Source: Octopus sinensis
Taxonomy: Eukaryota
NCBI RefSeq assembly: GCF_006345805.1
Contig: NC_042999.1
Span: 87,978,001 to 88,042,000 of the forward strand
Reading direction: 5' to 3'
Length of the DNA: 64,000 bases
The notes under the pieces were generated by a model that did no database searches, was not told where the DNA came from, and saw nothing but the letters and a program-made list of their open reading frames with translations. The position numbers and the translations under genes are program-made. Of the stretch, positions 25,452 to 38,802 are shown piece after piece (position 1 is the first letter of the stretch; each line of letters starts with the position of its first letter).

Positions 25452-25517
<66 letters not shown>

Positions 25518-25540
25518 TTTCTTCTTCGTCGTCGTCGTCG
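25372..25540. repeat. Compound (CTT)/(GTT)/(TAC)n microsatellite
   Basis: Direct reading. A compound (TAG)n(GAA)n tract lies at 26052-26190. Confidence 0.95.
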
Positions 25541-25797
25541 ACCTATTTTCCTCTTCATTCTCCCTCACATAAACTTTACCATTACTTACTCATCCCATAA
25601 TCACACTTTCATTTATTTTTGTTTCCTCCCGATATAGGCCAAAACAAGAAGAAGACGCACAATGCAGCAACACGCCTTTGATGCAATTCTGATGAAGTGC
25701 TACTCTAATGTCTTAAACCACAAATATTACGTAAATTTTGACTTCGAATTTTTGCATTTGCTCATACATACACACATACATACATGCATTCATGCAA

Positions 25798-25849
<52 letters not shown>

Positions 25850-26065
25850 TTATATATGTATACATACATATACACACATTTATATATACATATATATGCA
25901 CATATATACACACATATATGCATATATATATATATATGTATATATATATATTTACATAAATATATATGTATTTATGTATGTGTATATATTATATATTGTG
26001 GACGTCCTGCGCCCACATATGTACATATATATATATATATACGTATAGATGTAAGAAGAAGAACA

Positions 26066-26109
<44 letters not shown>

Positions 26110-26271
26110 AAGAAGAAGAAGAAGAGAAGAAGAAGAAGAAGAAGAAGAAGAAGAAGAAGAAGAAGAAGAAGAAGAAGAAGAAGAAGAAGAAACCGATACT
26201 AAAATGATTTTATGATAAAATTATTTTAGCATTTTCTACCTTGACTTTTTTCCTTACACACGCACACATAT

Positions 26272-26630
26272 ATAGTGGTAAGCAGCTTGCTTGCTAACCA
26301 CATGGTTCTGGGTACAGTCCCATTGCGTGTCACCTTGGGCAAGTGTTTTCTGCAATAGCCTCGAGCCGACCAACGTCTTGTGAGTGAATTTGGAAGGCGG
26401 AAAGTGAAAGAATCCCATCGAATATATATATATATAGGTGTGTGTGTATGATTCTGTGTCTCTTTGTCTCGCCACCATCGCCTGACAACCGATTTTGGTG
26501 TGTTTTCGCCCCCCGTAACTTAGCGGTTCAGCAAAAGAGACCGATAGGATAAGTACTGGGCTTACAAAGAATAAGTCGTGGAGACGAATTGTTCGACTAA
26601 AGGCAGTGCTCCACTATGGCCGCAGTCAAA

Positions 26631-26635
<5 letters not shown>
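26272..26635 (+). mobile_element. tRNA-derived SINE
   Basis: Same family as 39149-39530. Confidence 0.9.
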
Positions 26636-26723
<88 letters not shown>

Positions 26724-28238
26724 TCTTTTATTTGTGAAATGACAAATGAGAAAATGTCGTACCCTCATACGTCGTCTAACGACATTAGAGTCCCTTATAT
26801 TCATCCTCTAGTACCTCATTGCTGGCAAAGTTTTCTATGCTAAGGAAAGTAGGTTATGAACTGTGGTTCTTTCCTTGTTGAACCAGGGGGAATGTTGGTT
26901 TAGACTCCCTCCACGAATCTCTTACTAAACATCTCAGAGACCATATTATGTGTCCCTGTTCAGTATTCTCATCTAGAAACTTTTAGATCTGAACATTTTG
27001 CATTTTCTTCTTTCTGCTGTGTCTTTGGATCTTTTTTGTTTCTTTTTGTATCTTAATGCAACTTCAGTGATAAACATTGACACAACTGCTCAAATGCAGC
27101 GTTTATTATTCTGCAGAATCAATTGTGCGGTGACAGTATCACTGTCCATAATTCGCCACAGAAATCTTTTATTTCTCTTAATTTGGTTCCTTTTATATTT
27201 TAATCCAATTCTTCTGAAAATATTTTGGGGCTGCATCACATAGCTTGTGTTGTTCAAAATTAAATGCTGCCATGCTGAAAAATTCATTGCGATTACGCGA
27301 GAATGTCTTGAGTAAAGAGATTCGAAATTTTCGAAATTTTATGTATGTTTACTATTTATTTGTTATTCTTTCTTACTATTGTCATTTTCATGATAGATTT
27401 CATTATGTCTTTTTCCCATGCTATTTTCTTGGGTTTTCATTTGTTCTATAAGTAAATCCGTTTTCTTTCTTTAAGAGTTTATCTTTTCATCGGTTAACAT
27501 GGCATTCTGTATATTAAGCTTCGGTTTTATCTTTCTCATAATTTCAGATATTGTTCTTCCTTTCGCCATACAACTGCCTGTTACTTCAGCCATTGTTTTG
27601 ATATATATTGCATTCATTGAAGACAGAAAATGATTTATTCTTCATGTGTTGTAACAGTTTGAATTAGCTACCATTGTTTTTACTAGATAAGTTTATAGTC
27701 CTACAGAGAATATTTTATAATAGCTTTCCAGTTGCATAATGTTTCGAACTCCTCATATTCGTAGCAAATATAATCTTTCCTTGACAGATTTTTGCTAGTG
27801 TATTCTAAATGCTGTTACTATTTTTTATATATTTTTCTCTTTCTGCGTTTGTCCTGAATTTCTTATCATTGTTTCGATAAACAAGTAAAAAGAAAAGAGC
27901 AATGAGTTACATTTCCCAGTCCTTAGACAAATAACAAAGACGAAAATCATTTGTTTTCTTTCTCCGTCACCCACTCTCTCATTAAATGTGTATGATGTGT
28001 TTTGTATGTGTGTGTGCGTATGTGTGTGTGTATGCGTTCATGCATGAGAGTGTATACATACGTGTGTGAGTGTATATATATATATATATATAGGGAGAGA
28101 GGGAGAAATATATGTATGTGCGTATTCTGTATAATGACTGTATTCTGTAGACACAACTCACACACACACACATATATATATATGCGTGTATATATATATA
28201 TATATTAATCAAAATAAAAACATGATGCCAAGGATTCA

Positions 28239-28316
28239 GCGGTACATATGTTTCGGGCCTTTATTAGACGGATTTATAACAATGCATAATGTGTGTCTAT
28301 GGCCTTCTTCAGCCGC
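28239..28316 (-). ncRNA. Type I hammerhead motif with extended stem-loop II
   Basis: GCGG CTGAAGA a GGCC…GGCC c GAAAC ATAT GT A CCGC. Stem I is perfect and stem III is the palindrome ACAUAUGU; 10.1-11.1 would be an A·C mismatch. Confidence 0.7.
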
Positions 28317-28446
28317 GTACTTCGAGTGAGAGATGGACGCTTCGCTTTTGTGCTGGTGCCCCACCCTGTCGTACGCGACTGTGAAGATTTGCATCCCCAG
28401 CGTAAAACTTATAATGTAATACATGTTCTTGAAGTAGCAATTGTAC

Positions 28447-28524
28447 GCGACTGAAGAAGGCCATAGACACACTTTATGCATTGTTATAAATCCGTCTAAT
28501 AAAGGCCCGAAACATATGTACCGC
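28447..28524 (+). ncRNA. Type I hammerhead motif (mirror copy, stem-I closing mismatch)
   Basis: GCGA CTGAAGA aggcc…ggccc GAAAC ATAT GT A CCGC. Confidence 0.6.
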
Positions 28525-28782
28525 TGAATCCTTGGCATCATGTTTTTATTTTGATTAATATACTCTACCACCTACACCACTAAATGGTGTATACAGGTGC
28601 TTACAATTATCAAGTATTCACCCTGAATTTTTGTATATATATATATATATATAAAATGTATACAAACAGATATATCTGTATATATAAACATTTCCATATA
28701 TATATATATGCAAATAAGTTTATATAAATATATATTTATATACATATGTATACATATATATAAGCACACAACACACGCACAT

Positions 28783-28815
<33 letters not shown>

Positions 28816-29217
28816 CATATATACACAAATCCACAACTAGATATATGTGTATATGTCTTCTAGAGAGTGTGTTTGTGAATGTGTGAGTGAATATGAATGA
28901 GAAGTATATGGATGATATTTTAGTCTTTTGCTTAGAGATGGCAATTGCTAAGTGCGTGTCAGTTGACCACTTTCTTTGTCTGAAAACCCATGGCATTAGA
29001 GATTCTACTAAAACATTTAGTTACATATTCCAGTGTACCAATAATTATAGGTATAAATATATATTTATATTCCAGCTACAAACATTATAAGTTTACGAGC
29101 ATTTTATCATAAATTCTCAAATTCCCATTGACTTTGAAAATCGTGGTTATATCTGCAGGACACCAATCGTTTATATCTGTCTATCTGTCTGTCTATACAT
29201 ACACACACACATATATT

Positions 29218-29304
<87 letters not shown>

Positions 29305-29415
29305 GTATATATACATATATATACATACGCATACACATATATGTATGTGCACACACGCACACAGATACATATGTACATATATAAATATACAAATACATAT
29401 ATATGTATATATATA

Positions 29416-29456
<41 letters not shown>

Positions 29457-29973
29457 ATATACATATATGTGTGTGTATATATATATATATATGTATGTAT
29501 ATGTGTGTATTTGTATGTGTATGTACATATGTATGTAACTATGTGTGTGTCCTTATATATCATTTACGTTTGAAACAACTATATTACGTGTATTATGGTT
29601 ACATTTGGCGGAACTTTTCATGGGAATTTTCCAACAAAATTCCGATGTCAAAATATATGCATTCTTTTCTTCTTTTTCTGAATTCAACCATTGAATCGAC
29701 ACAATACCGGGATACGAACTTCATGTATTCATGAACAGAGTTATTTTCTATATTTATCCCAGGATATTTATTAGTTATTTTCCGGCGGACGGCATAGTAT
29801 ATTGTTAAAGCATCAACATCTTGCCGCATAATAGTATATTAATGACGTATTTCAGTAGCTGCTGATTACATTTGTTATATCTTACACAAAACTATGACAT
29901 AATCGATATTTTTGGTTGCTTCTTATAGTGTTAAATGCGTCGCTGTATCTTTTGTTCAATGTATATTTTGTAG

Positions 29974-30207
29974 CTATCTCCTGTTCTTCCATAGAGCATT
30001 CAGAGCATTCAAATATGATGCGATGTAACAATTATGAGCCTAAAGAGGTCACACCTCCTGTCGGTGTTAGTATCCTCCTCAAAATCCCAGCAAATATACA
30101 AACCTATGCATACCAAACTATGCATAGATTTCGTCTTCGAAATGTCCTTTATAAAGTAATAGTCAACTCCATCGCAGCGAGAGAGGAACCTGCAAACCAT
30201 GTGTTCG
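29974..30207 (+). CDS. Candidate symmetric phase-1 exon (234 bp, or 213 bp from 29995)
   Basis: Acceptors tatattttgtag| or ctgttcttccatag|, donor CG|gtaagt, open frame …YEPKEVTPPVGVSILLKIP…LYKVIVNSIAAREEPANHVF. A codon-aligned antisense candidate (30189-30114) overlaps it, so the strand is uncertain. Confidence 0.35.
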
Positions 30208-30269
30208 GTAAGTCAATAACTTAGCCATAAACTACACTCACAAACACATGCACACACATGTATGCATGC

Positions 30270-30358
<89 letters not shown>

Positions 30359-30534
30359 TATGTGTATATATATATGTAGATATATCTATCTATATGTATA
30401 TCTATGTATGCTTATAAATTTTATGTACGTATATGCGTATATGTATGATGTGTATGAGCATATATATATATATACACACACATATATAAATATTCATGTA
30501 TATATATAGTTATATATATATATATATGTATATA

Positions 30535-30945
30535 TTCTTTCATTCTTTTACTTGTATTAGTTATATGACTGTGACCGTGCTGGAGCACCGCCTTAGTCGA
30601 GCAAATCGACGTATTCTGTCAGTCCCTATTGTCGAACCGCTATATTCAGAGGACGTAAACACACCAGCATCGGTTGTCAAGCGATATTGGGGAAAACACA
30701 GACGCGCAAAGATATACACACATGGGAAGACACACACACTAACACTCACACACACACCACACAAAGACACACACACACACACGTATATACATATATATAT
30801 ATACGACAGGCTTCTTTCAGTTTCCGTCTACCAAATCCACTTACAAAGCTTTGGTTGGCTCGACGCTATAGTAGAAGACACTTGCCCAAGATGCCACGCA
30901 ATGGGACTGAAGCCGGAACCACGTGGTTGGTAAGCAAGCTACTTA
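30535..30945 (-). mobile_element. tRNA-derived SINE
   Basis: Reverse complement of the 39149 family, including head and tail. Confidence 0.85.
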
Positions 30946-32938
30946 CGCCTAAATATATGTATATATATATATATATATACACACACATATATAAATATTC
31001 ATGTATATATATAGTTATATATATATATATACATACACACATTTGTATATATGTATATATATATATATATATATACACACATTTGTATATATGTATACAT
31101 GTATGGATATTTCTGCACCTGCCTGTGTATGTGTGTGTGCGTCTGTGTGCGCAAGAGAGAAATATAACGCAGCGATTAGAAAACGTCACAGATTTTGGCA
31201 TGCAATTTAGTTGTAAGATGTCAGAAGCATCATGTAGAAAAGTGGAAGTTTTCTAACGTTATAAATTGCGCTGCTATTCAATCATTCCTACACATGGAAC
31301 AAACTAATCTTGAAGTATAATAGACAAATCAAACTGACAAGCGCCATCAGAAGAAAAACAGATTCAATTGTACCGAGTATTGGAACATGACATAACGTAG
31401 CTGTTAAAGAGCCGTCCTTAGTCTATTCATGTGATTATTCTCATATTTTTTGTTTTATATTTGTCTTTATTCATAGTTCTAGCTGAGCATTGGAACATTA
31501 GTTTTGATGATAATTACGATAGAACTAAATTTTTAATGTATTGATGCGCAAAGCTCTGATACAGAGAACATCATATTTTATTTTATTTTTGCCTTCATCA
31601 TAGATTTTACTCGGCAATGTGACACGTAGCCGTGCCTCGAACTAATTATGTAATTACAACAATTGAATTTTAGTTTTCATCTCCACTACCATGAATGTGT
31701 GTGTATTTGTTGGAAAGTATATGAGTATGTGTGAGTGTGATTTTTTATATGCGCGTTTATGTGTGTTAATGTGTTTGTGAGTTTCCGTTCTCTACTTACC
31801 TTTGTTCAAATCGTTCAATTAAAATAATGGATTGTTTCCGTCTTGTAGATTTCCACTTAGTCTGATTGGTTTTCCAAGAAATTCGCTCAATATTGAAATA
31901 ATATTAATGTCATCTAAATTGTAATCATGCATGCTTCACACGGCAGAACAGTAAATATTGACGTTGAAGCAATCCTGTTATTAATATTATAGCAAATACC
32001 AGTCCATAAGTAATTATCAATAACTTTAACTCGATTACTGAAGAAAAAATTTTTTAAAGTGATAACGGCTTTTTTCTCTTTGTTACAAAAAGTCGCGTCT
32101 AGCGAGAATATATGATGAGAAGCAGTGACAAAATATATAATCTAAATGATTTTTCGGCAAATTAGCAGTAATATATTAATTCGTTATCTTTTTGACTGTG
32201 TGTGTGTGTGTGTGTGTATGTGTGTGTGTGTAAGTGCGTGTGTGTGCGCGGAGGGTGAGGATAATAAGTTTGCAAAGTTCGCGTTCATTTCCTAAATATC
32301 ATTAGCCTTTTCTTGTATAGGCAGAAGGCCTGAACTTTGGAGCAGTGGGTTAGTCGTTTACATCGGCCCAAGTGCGTAAATGGTACTTATTTTATCGATC
32401 CCAAAGGATGAAAGACAAAGTCGATCGCTATGGAATTTGAACTCAGAACGTTAAGACGGATGAAATGCTTCCGAGCATCTAGTCCGGCATTCTAACGGTT
32501 CTATCATTAATTCAAGATTGAAAGAGCTCTTGAAGATATTTTGATACATAAAATCATTCAATATGTGCGAAAAACGCCGGAACATACTGGAAATTTGTAG
32601 TCATGCCAATTAATTACCCGTCCTTGCGTCTCAGTCTATCTCAGTGCATGAATGCTTACACACATGTACACACACACACAGCGCGGGCGCGCAAATAAAA
32701 GTATCCATTCAGTGCTAAGAATGTTGTAAGTGGCTATAGCGAGTTCCTCCTTCCCGGTCTTCATCTACATACATTCGCCAAAGTACACCTGCTCACGTGC
32801 AAGCGCACCACGTTTATTTGGCCGTTCATACAAACACAATAACGCACACTAAGAAGCGTAGGGATTAGCACATAATATATATGAGTATAATATATCTGTT
32901 CGTGTGTGTATGTGTGCTTGTGTGTGTGTTTGTGTGTG

Positions 32939-32973
<35 letters not shown>

Positions 32974-32993
32974 CGTTTGAATTGGTGTAAAGA

Positions 32994-33688
32994 TTTTATA
33001 TATTAAGAAAGAGAAGGTAGTCAGATTTGTGGATAATTTTTTTTATTAGCACAATTCGTGTTAGTGAATTCTCGTAGCTTTGAGATAATGCGAGATAAAG
33101 ACTTTCTCGCTTTTATTCAAGTGTAAATACCATGGGTTGTTTTTCAATATTTGAAGTGAAGTGTGTCTATTAGTATTTACCAAAATGGCGTCAGCACGTA
33201 GCGATTCCCGCTTTGAAGGTTTAACACTTGACGATGTACAAAATGTAAAAGGAAGCAAGGGTTATTTATCTTCGGATGAATCAGATATTGATGTTAATGA
33301 ATTTTCGTCGGACGAGGAAGAAACTTTTGATTGCAAAAGTCCAGAAAATATTCAGGGTGAAATTCAAAACATGACGGCAACATAGTCGAAAATTACAACA
33401 CCAATCACAATTCACGATTTCGTACAAAAGGCTAGTACACAAGATATATTATCAGATACTCAACATGTGGACTATTTTTTAAAAAAGGGAGTGTAATGAA
33501 ATCAACGTCGTAAAGCGTTGTCAAGGAGACCAGCGTTCTTTTAGAACAACGACTTCATGGCTTGAAGACACCAACACAGAAATAGCTAAGAAAGCCCGAA
33601 TTGGCATCTATAAGGGAAGTAACTCTCTAAAAATGCTTATATAGTTATTTCCCTTACAAACCCGAGCAACGCCGGGCGATACTGCTAG
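32994..33688 (+). mobile_element. Non-autonomous Helitron-like element
   Basis: 3' hairpin CCCGAGCAACGCCGGG followed by cgatactgCTAG|T. The 5' end is degenerate (a|ttttatatattaag). Carries the ORF at 33185-33385. Confidence 0.6.
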
Positions 33689-35074
33689 TATAGCATAATT
33701 GTATTTTCCAGTTGATAGAAAAACAATTATATATTCCTTTCCTTTTATTGCAAATAATATATGAAGATGAGAAATACATATTAAGTTTCAGTATTTACAC
33801 ACCTGTATTCACCTATGTCCCACGTGTAACACGTGAGCTTTCTTAGTAGATATATTCTGTTATGTAAATGCACTCATTAAATTGTATAGAAGTACATTGC
33901 CAATATTATATTGACTAGTTTTGTACTTCATTTTCAATGAAAATTTTTGAATGAAATATAGAGAAAAAATAAAATCTTGTACTGATTATAATGGCATTTT
34001 AATTACTTCAAATCAATGCACTTGATTTTGACAAGTGGTAAAATTGTCCAGGGATGAAATCTGGGATAATTTTAGTAACAAATCAAACAGTTAAGATACA
34101 TGAAAGATTTCAATTTTAATGTTTATCAATAAAGTTATTGCTTTTACACCTGTTAAATAATGTTACTTACGTATAGAAGTCATCTTTAACCAAAGAGATC
34201 AGCTAAAATTACGTGACTGTAAACCATTGGAATTTAAGCCACTCCTCTTGAATCTGATCAAATGAATATAATGTGAATATATAAGCATTATAGGTGACAG
34301 ATTAATCTGACTACTAAAGGTCTAAAGAGACTGAAAGGCATGAATTACCCTGCCTCTAGATTTCGTCCGCTTCATGTCAGTTGAACGCCGGATGGAGAAT
34401 AAGCAATAATATATTTTTGGATTGTTTGACAATCCAAGAAGGGAAAGCCGTTTCCTTAAACAATGCATTTACTGAACAGGCATGGTCACATCCGCATTAT
34501 TTTCTTATTGGAAACAAACAGCCGTCTGTCATTATATGTGCATATCTCACCGTTGCTGCTAACATCTTCCATGGATATTATGTATTGGTTTAAGCAATCT
34601 CCTTTTTCACTAGCAGCCTCTGGATTGGCGGGAAATTAGTTTAAAAAGTTGTAGAAGAAATGTAGTTAAATGCTCATAATATCCTAGTTTCTTGCAGGGA
34701 AAATATCATATTTAAGGAGTGTTCATAGTTTTCTAGTGAATTCCTTCTCATTAAAATTTTCACAACTTCTGTTAAACGTGGATTTTTCCCAACGAGATTA
34801 ACTTAAACTTACAAGTCGGTCATTTTTCATTAATGTTCCTCTCATAGGCTCATTAAATATATACTCCTTTAATTTCTCACAGGGAATTATCCACATAAAA
34901 TAGAAAATCGAAGTGATTAAAGAAGGAGTAAATGCTTGCAAAAATTACTGGGCCCATTAAATAGATTTAGCATGTAACAAGTTGTATTTATCTTCTGGTT
35001 TTGATAAATTTCATTAATATTAATCTTGGGCCGAAGGGTCAGTAATGAAGCAGAAGATTCGTCTTCTCGCTGCG

Positions 35075-35199
<125 letters not shown>

Positions 35200-36662
35200 T
35201 ACGGAGTAAATCCAAACTTACAGGGAAAAATTAGATTTAGGACTAAATCCAATTTTATAGTATAAATATATTATATTAATTTAGAGATAAAAACCACTAT
35301 TAGGCAAATCAAACAGTGAAAATCATAAGCCAATACATGGAAATAAAATTAATTAAAAAAATATAAAAGTTAAAATTTAAAAATTATTTAAATAATTTAA
35401 ACTTCTAAATCTTAAATATATATATATATATAAATATATATATATATACATATGTATGTATATTTTTATATTATTTTATTTATTTATTTATTTATTTAGT
35501 TTTTACTTTTTTTAAAAAAATTATATAAATATCAAAAAGTATTAAAAGTTTAATAAAAGATAAATAATAAAAACACTACGATCGTTTCATGGCTGTAACC
35601 AATTCGAATAACAATAATTTAAATTCAATTAATAACTCGAATTATGGTTACAGTCAATCTTCAGGTTAATTGTAATATTATAATAAATAATCAGAAATAT
35701 TTAAACAATATTTTTAAGAAATAAATAATATAATAATTATACTTATAAAAAAAACTCTATTATCAAACTAGAAACTTAAAAACTTAACGATTATGATTAT
35801 ATCAAACATCTATTATAATGTTAAATATTAATTTTAATTTTTAAGTATTAATTTTTAAGGTAAGAAACCCACCAATAATCTAGTATGTGTAATAGTCAAT
35901 ATCTAATTACATAAATATTTTACAAACAAATGACTATTATATATAAATTATCAATGAAAATATATAAATGTATATAAATATTATAATTAAGATCTAAAAT
36001 AATCTCTATAAATAAATATACATGCACATATAATAAAGACCTAATAAATTAATTTTTCATATTTAAAGATGAAATAGCTAATTTCAAAAATACAAACAAA
36101 CAATCTTAAACGAACGCTATAGCAAATTAACTATCTTTATATCTCGTTGGCTAAATAATAACTTTCGGAAATCTTATATTTAAAATACTTAAAGAAATAA
36201 TCAATTCGTAGTTATATAGTATCAAATAAATACTATAAATACTATAAATATATTCATCAATGGGAATAAAACTAGCAAATATCAATTTAAAAAGACAATA
36301 TATAAGTTAAAATAATAATTATAAGTAATTTAAAACTACAATTAATGCTATTAATACATGTATATACATAAACTTAACTTTAAACAACTCGTATACTTGC
36401 GATCAAACAACATATCTATTGCTAAGTAAAATCTTTCGAATAAACTTAAAGTTAATATCCAATAATTATATAGAAAATTACGATAATTAGATCATTACAT
36501 AAACAACGATATTTACATAAAAAAACAATATTATTACACCAAAGACTTATAAAATATTAAAATTTAAAATTTTTAAAATTAATTTTATTTCTATGTATTG
36601 GCTTATGATTTTCACTGTTTGATTTGCCTAATAGTGGTTTTATCTCTAATTTAATATAATAT

Positions 36663-36665
<3 letters not shown>
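35200..36665 (-). mobile_element. Penelope-like element remnant with inverted terminal copy and AT-eroded interior
   Basis: About 35266-35352 is the reverse complement of about 36580-36665. The 35200-35300 terminus is homologous to the reverse complement of 50395-50490. Contains a hammerhead motif. Confidence 0.65.
35573..35668 (-). ncRNA. Type I hammerhead motif with long stem II
   Basis: aac CTGAAGA ttgactgtaacca…tggttacagccat GAAAC GATC GT A gtg. Stem III is the palindrome ACGAUCGU; stem I is only 2 bp. Confidence 0.55.
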
Positions 36666-36732
<67 letters not shown>

Positions 36733-37120
36733 CTAGCAGTATCACCCGGTGTTGCTTGGGTTTGTTTTGATCCTTTAGAATTGGAATTTTTGAAAAGTAA
36801 AACTTTTGCATTATGCAACTTGTTATTCTCTTCAAGTGGACATTTTTCCAGTTGAAATACACCGAAAAATGGTGACACAGCAGTCAAAAATCGTAAAAAA
36901 TAGAGATTTTTATAGAAAAAAAAAGCACCTTTTTGATGTAAATAATTTTTGGTGTTAACATGGTCCGATTTGAATTTTATCTTCTACAGAATGGAGAGCA
37001 AGCCTTCTATCATACTCTCAATTTTGGTCAACTTGCGCTGCAGGGTCTCGAAGGAGATAGTGTTAGTTGAAGGCTACCACACCTGTCACACACAGACAAC
37101 TTCAGATTTATATATATAGA
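36733..37120 (-). mobile_element. Non-autonomous Helitron
   Basis: On the minus strand: 5' A|TCTATATATATAAATCTG, 3' cccaagcaacaccggg…gCTAG|T. Inserted between A and T. Confidence 0.8.
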
Positions 37121-37840
37121 TTTGCTACACACTACTTTCCATCCTTAATAATGAAACTTGGTAGATCCAAAAGTTAAACACACAGTCACACACACAGATA
37201 CGCATACAGACACACAAGTTGAGTTTTATATATATAGATTTCTCAACGGGGATTTCAGGTGAGAGTTTCAGGGAGTCGCTGGTGATGTATCGTGATGATC
37301 AAAAATCCGGCCTGCTAAAATTTGGTTAAAGTGATTCAAACTGCAGATTCAACGCAAAATGGTCACATTTAATTCAAAGCGTTAAAAATGTTATGAAAAC
37401 AATTGGTATGTGTTCACAAAGTCCAAACGATTAATATGAAAAAACCCTCCAGGCTACATCCCGAAAATTCATTTCTTTGCCGAATTTCTACAATGTTTAC
37501 GGCGATTCGTTTTTATATCTTGATTTTTTATATTTCATGCAATTTACGCATGCTTGCACGCGTGGTGAACACAGTTCACGTCAAACAGCTGGCTGAGTAA
37601 AGTTCACTATTCAATGCATGGGATAAGGCCTAAACAAACACATTAGCGATTTTTGCACTTGCGTGATGAATTTCGGAACAGAAATAGCGCAGTTCAATTT
37701 TCATTCGCCTAAACTTTAAGTGACCCATTTTTGTGGCTCTACGATTTGTTGGCTAGGAGGAGATGTGCCGGGAAGTTAAACACACAGACACACACACAGA
37801 TACACACACAGTCACACAAGTTGAGTTTTATATATATAGA
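37121..37840 (-). mobile_element. Two additional stacked Helitron 5' ends
   Basis: A|TCTATATATATAAAACTCAACTTGTGTG at 37238 and 37840 on the minus strand, each followed by …gtgtgtttaactt. Confidence 0.7.
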
Positions 37841-37859
37841 TATATATATATATAGATTT

Positions 37860-38325
37860 TGCTGATGCAGACCATCTCTGGTTTCCTCGGACTTTGTCAT
37901 CACCATCTTTTCCATCATTTAACTTCCGTTGTCCATGCTGGTATGGGTTTGACCAGGGATGGTAAGATGAGGGGATGCACTAGACACCAGTCTGATTTGG
38001 CATGGTTTCTACGTTTAGATGCCCTTTCTAACGCCAACCACTCAGAGACAGGGCTCCAGTTATGTAACATGGGCATCGGTCACATTGCCTCCGTGAGGCC
38101 CAGCGCTGGAATGGAGCTTTGTACGTGCCACCGGCACGGGTGCCTGTTACGCGACACTTGCATCGTTCACGTTACTTCCGTGAAACTCAGCGCTCGAATA
38201 GTGCTTTGTACGTGCCTGTTAAACGACACCGGCATCGGTCACATTGCTTCCGTGAGACCCAGCGCTCAACTCGTGCTTTTTACGTGCCAGTTACGTGACA
38301 CCAGCGTCAGCCACGATTATATGTG
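37860..38325. mobile_element. SINE/LINE-tail-like repeat with ~75-bp internal tandem subrepeats
   Basis: Contains gatgccctttctaacgccaacc and three diverged units …catcggtcacattgc(c/t)tccgtgag…cagcgct…ttgtacgtgcc. Confidence 0.55.
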
Positions 38326-38802
38326 TGCATATACATGTATATTCATGTGTCTATACGTACGTATGAATTCATATATATATGTATGTGATGCGGAAGGTAA
38401 TTGGATTATTTGTATAATCCTCAAGTAACTGTGCTGGCAAGAAAAATGTGATGTCAGTTTTCTTTGTTTGCAACTAAGCTAGCTTCGTTACTTAATCGCT
38501 CGATATCATTAATTAGATAAATGGAACAAAAAGGTAGAAATTAATTAAGAAATGTATTAACTGTGTAATGAAAAGCCTCTAAATTAAATTAAATCTTAGA
38601 CAAAAAATATCACGTTTATGCATTTTAATCTGACAGGAAAGATATTTTAGATATAACTCATAGCTCATAGCGACGTGGAACCACCAGTTTAAATGCAACA
38701 GTATACTTACGTATAATTATGTGTGTGTATATATGTATGTGTATGTATGCGTGAATGTGTATTTGTATGTATGTGTATGTGTTTCTATGTATATGCGTGT
38801 GT

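Larger units (their letters stand above)
23990..27900 (-). mobile_element. Old R4/Dong-like LINE remnant interrupted by microsatellites and a SINE
   Basis: Degenerate RT-region motifs (INH…TLEQLLQRVHWF…IKF) at 24000-25250 and upstream IPPWF… at 26720-27900. Same clade as 61101-62506. Confidence 0.6.
28201..28562. mobile_element. Head-to-head inverted repeat (120-bp arms, 122-bp spacer) with a hammerhead in each arm
   Basis: 28201-28320 is the reverse complement of 28443-28562 with about 2 mismatches. Confidence 0.85.

Noticed and set aside
25326-31256. Many listed ORFs rich in YI/HT/CV/L/S/E repeats
   Set aside because: They are translations of (AT)n, (CA)n, (CTT)n and (TAG)n microsatellites, not proteins. 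The same applies to ORFs at 1844-2075, 39806-40162, 49611-49980 and 60928-61169.
31801-31914. Strong minus-strand donor (AAAG|gtaagt) at 31800
   Set aside because: All frames from the nearest good acceptor contain stops; it could only be non-coding or UTR.
35700-36580. Possible mitochondrial insertion (extreme AT content)
   Set aside because: I recognise no mitochondrial gene or tRNA motifs, and the segment is enclosed by the terminal repeats of the Penelope-like family.
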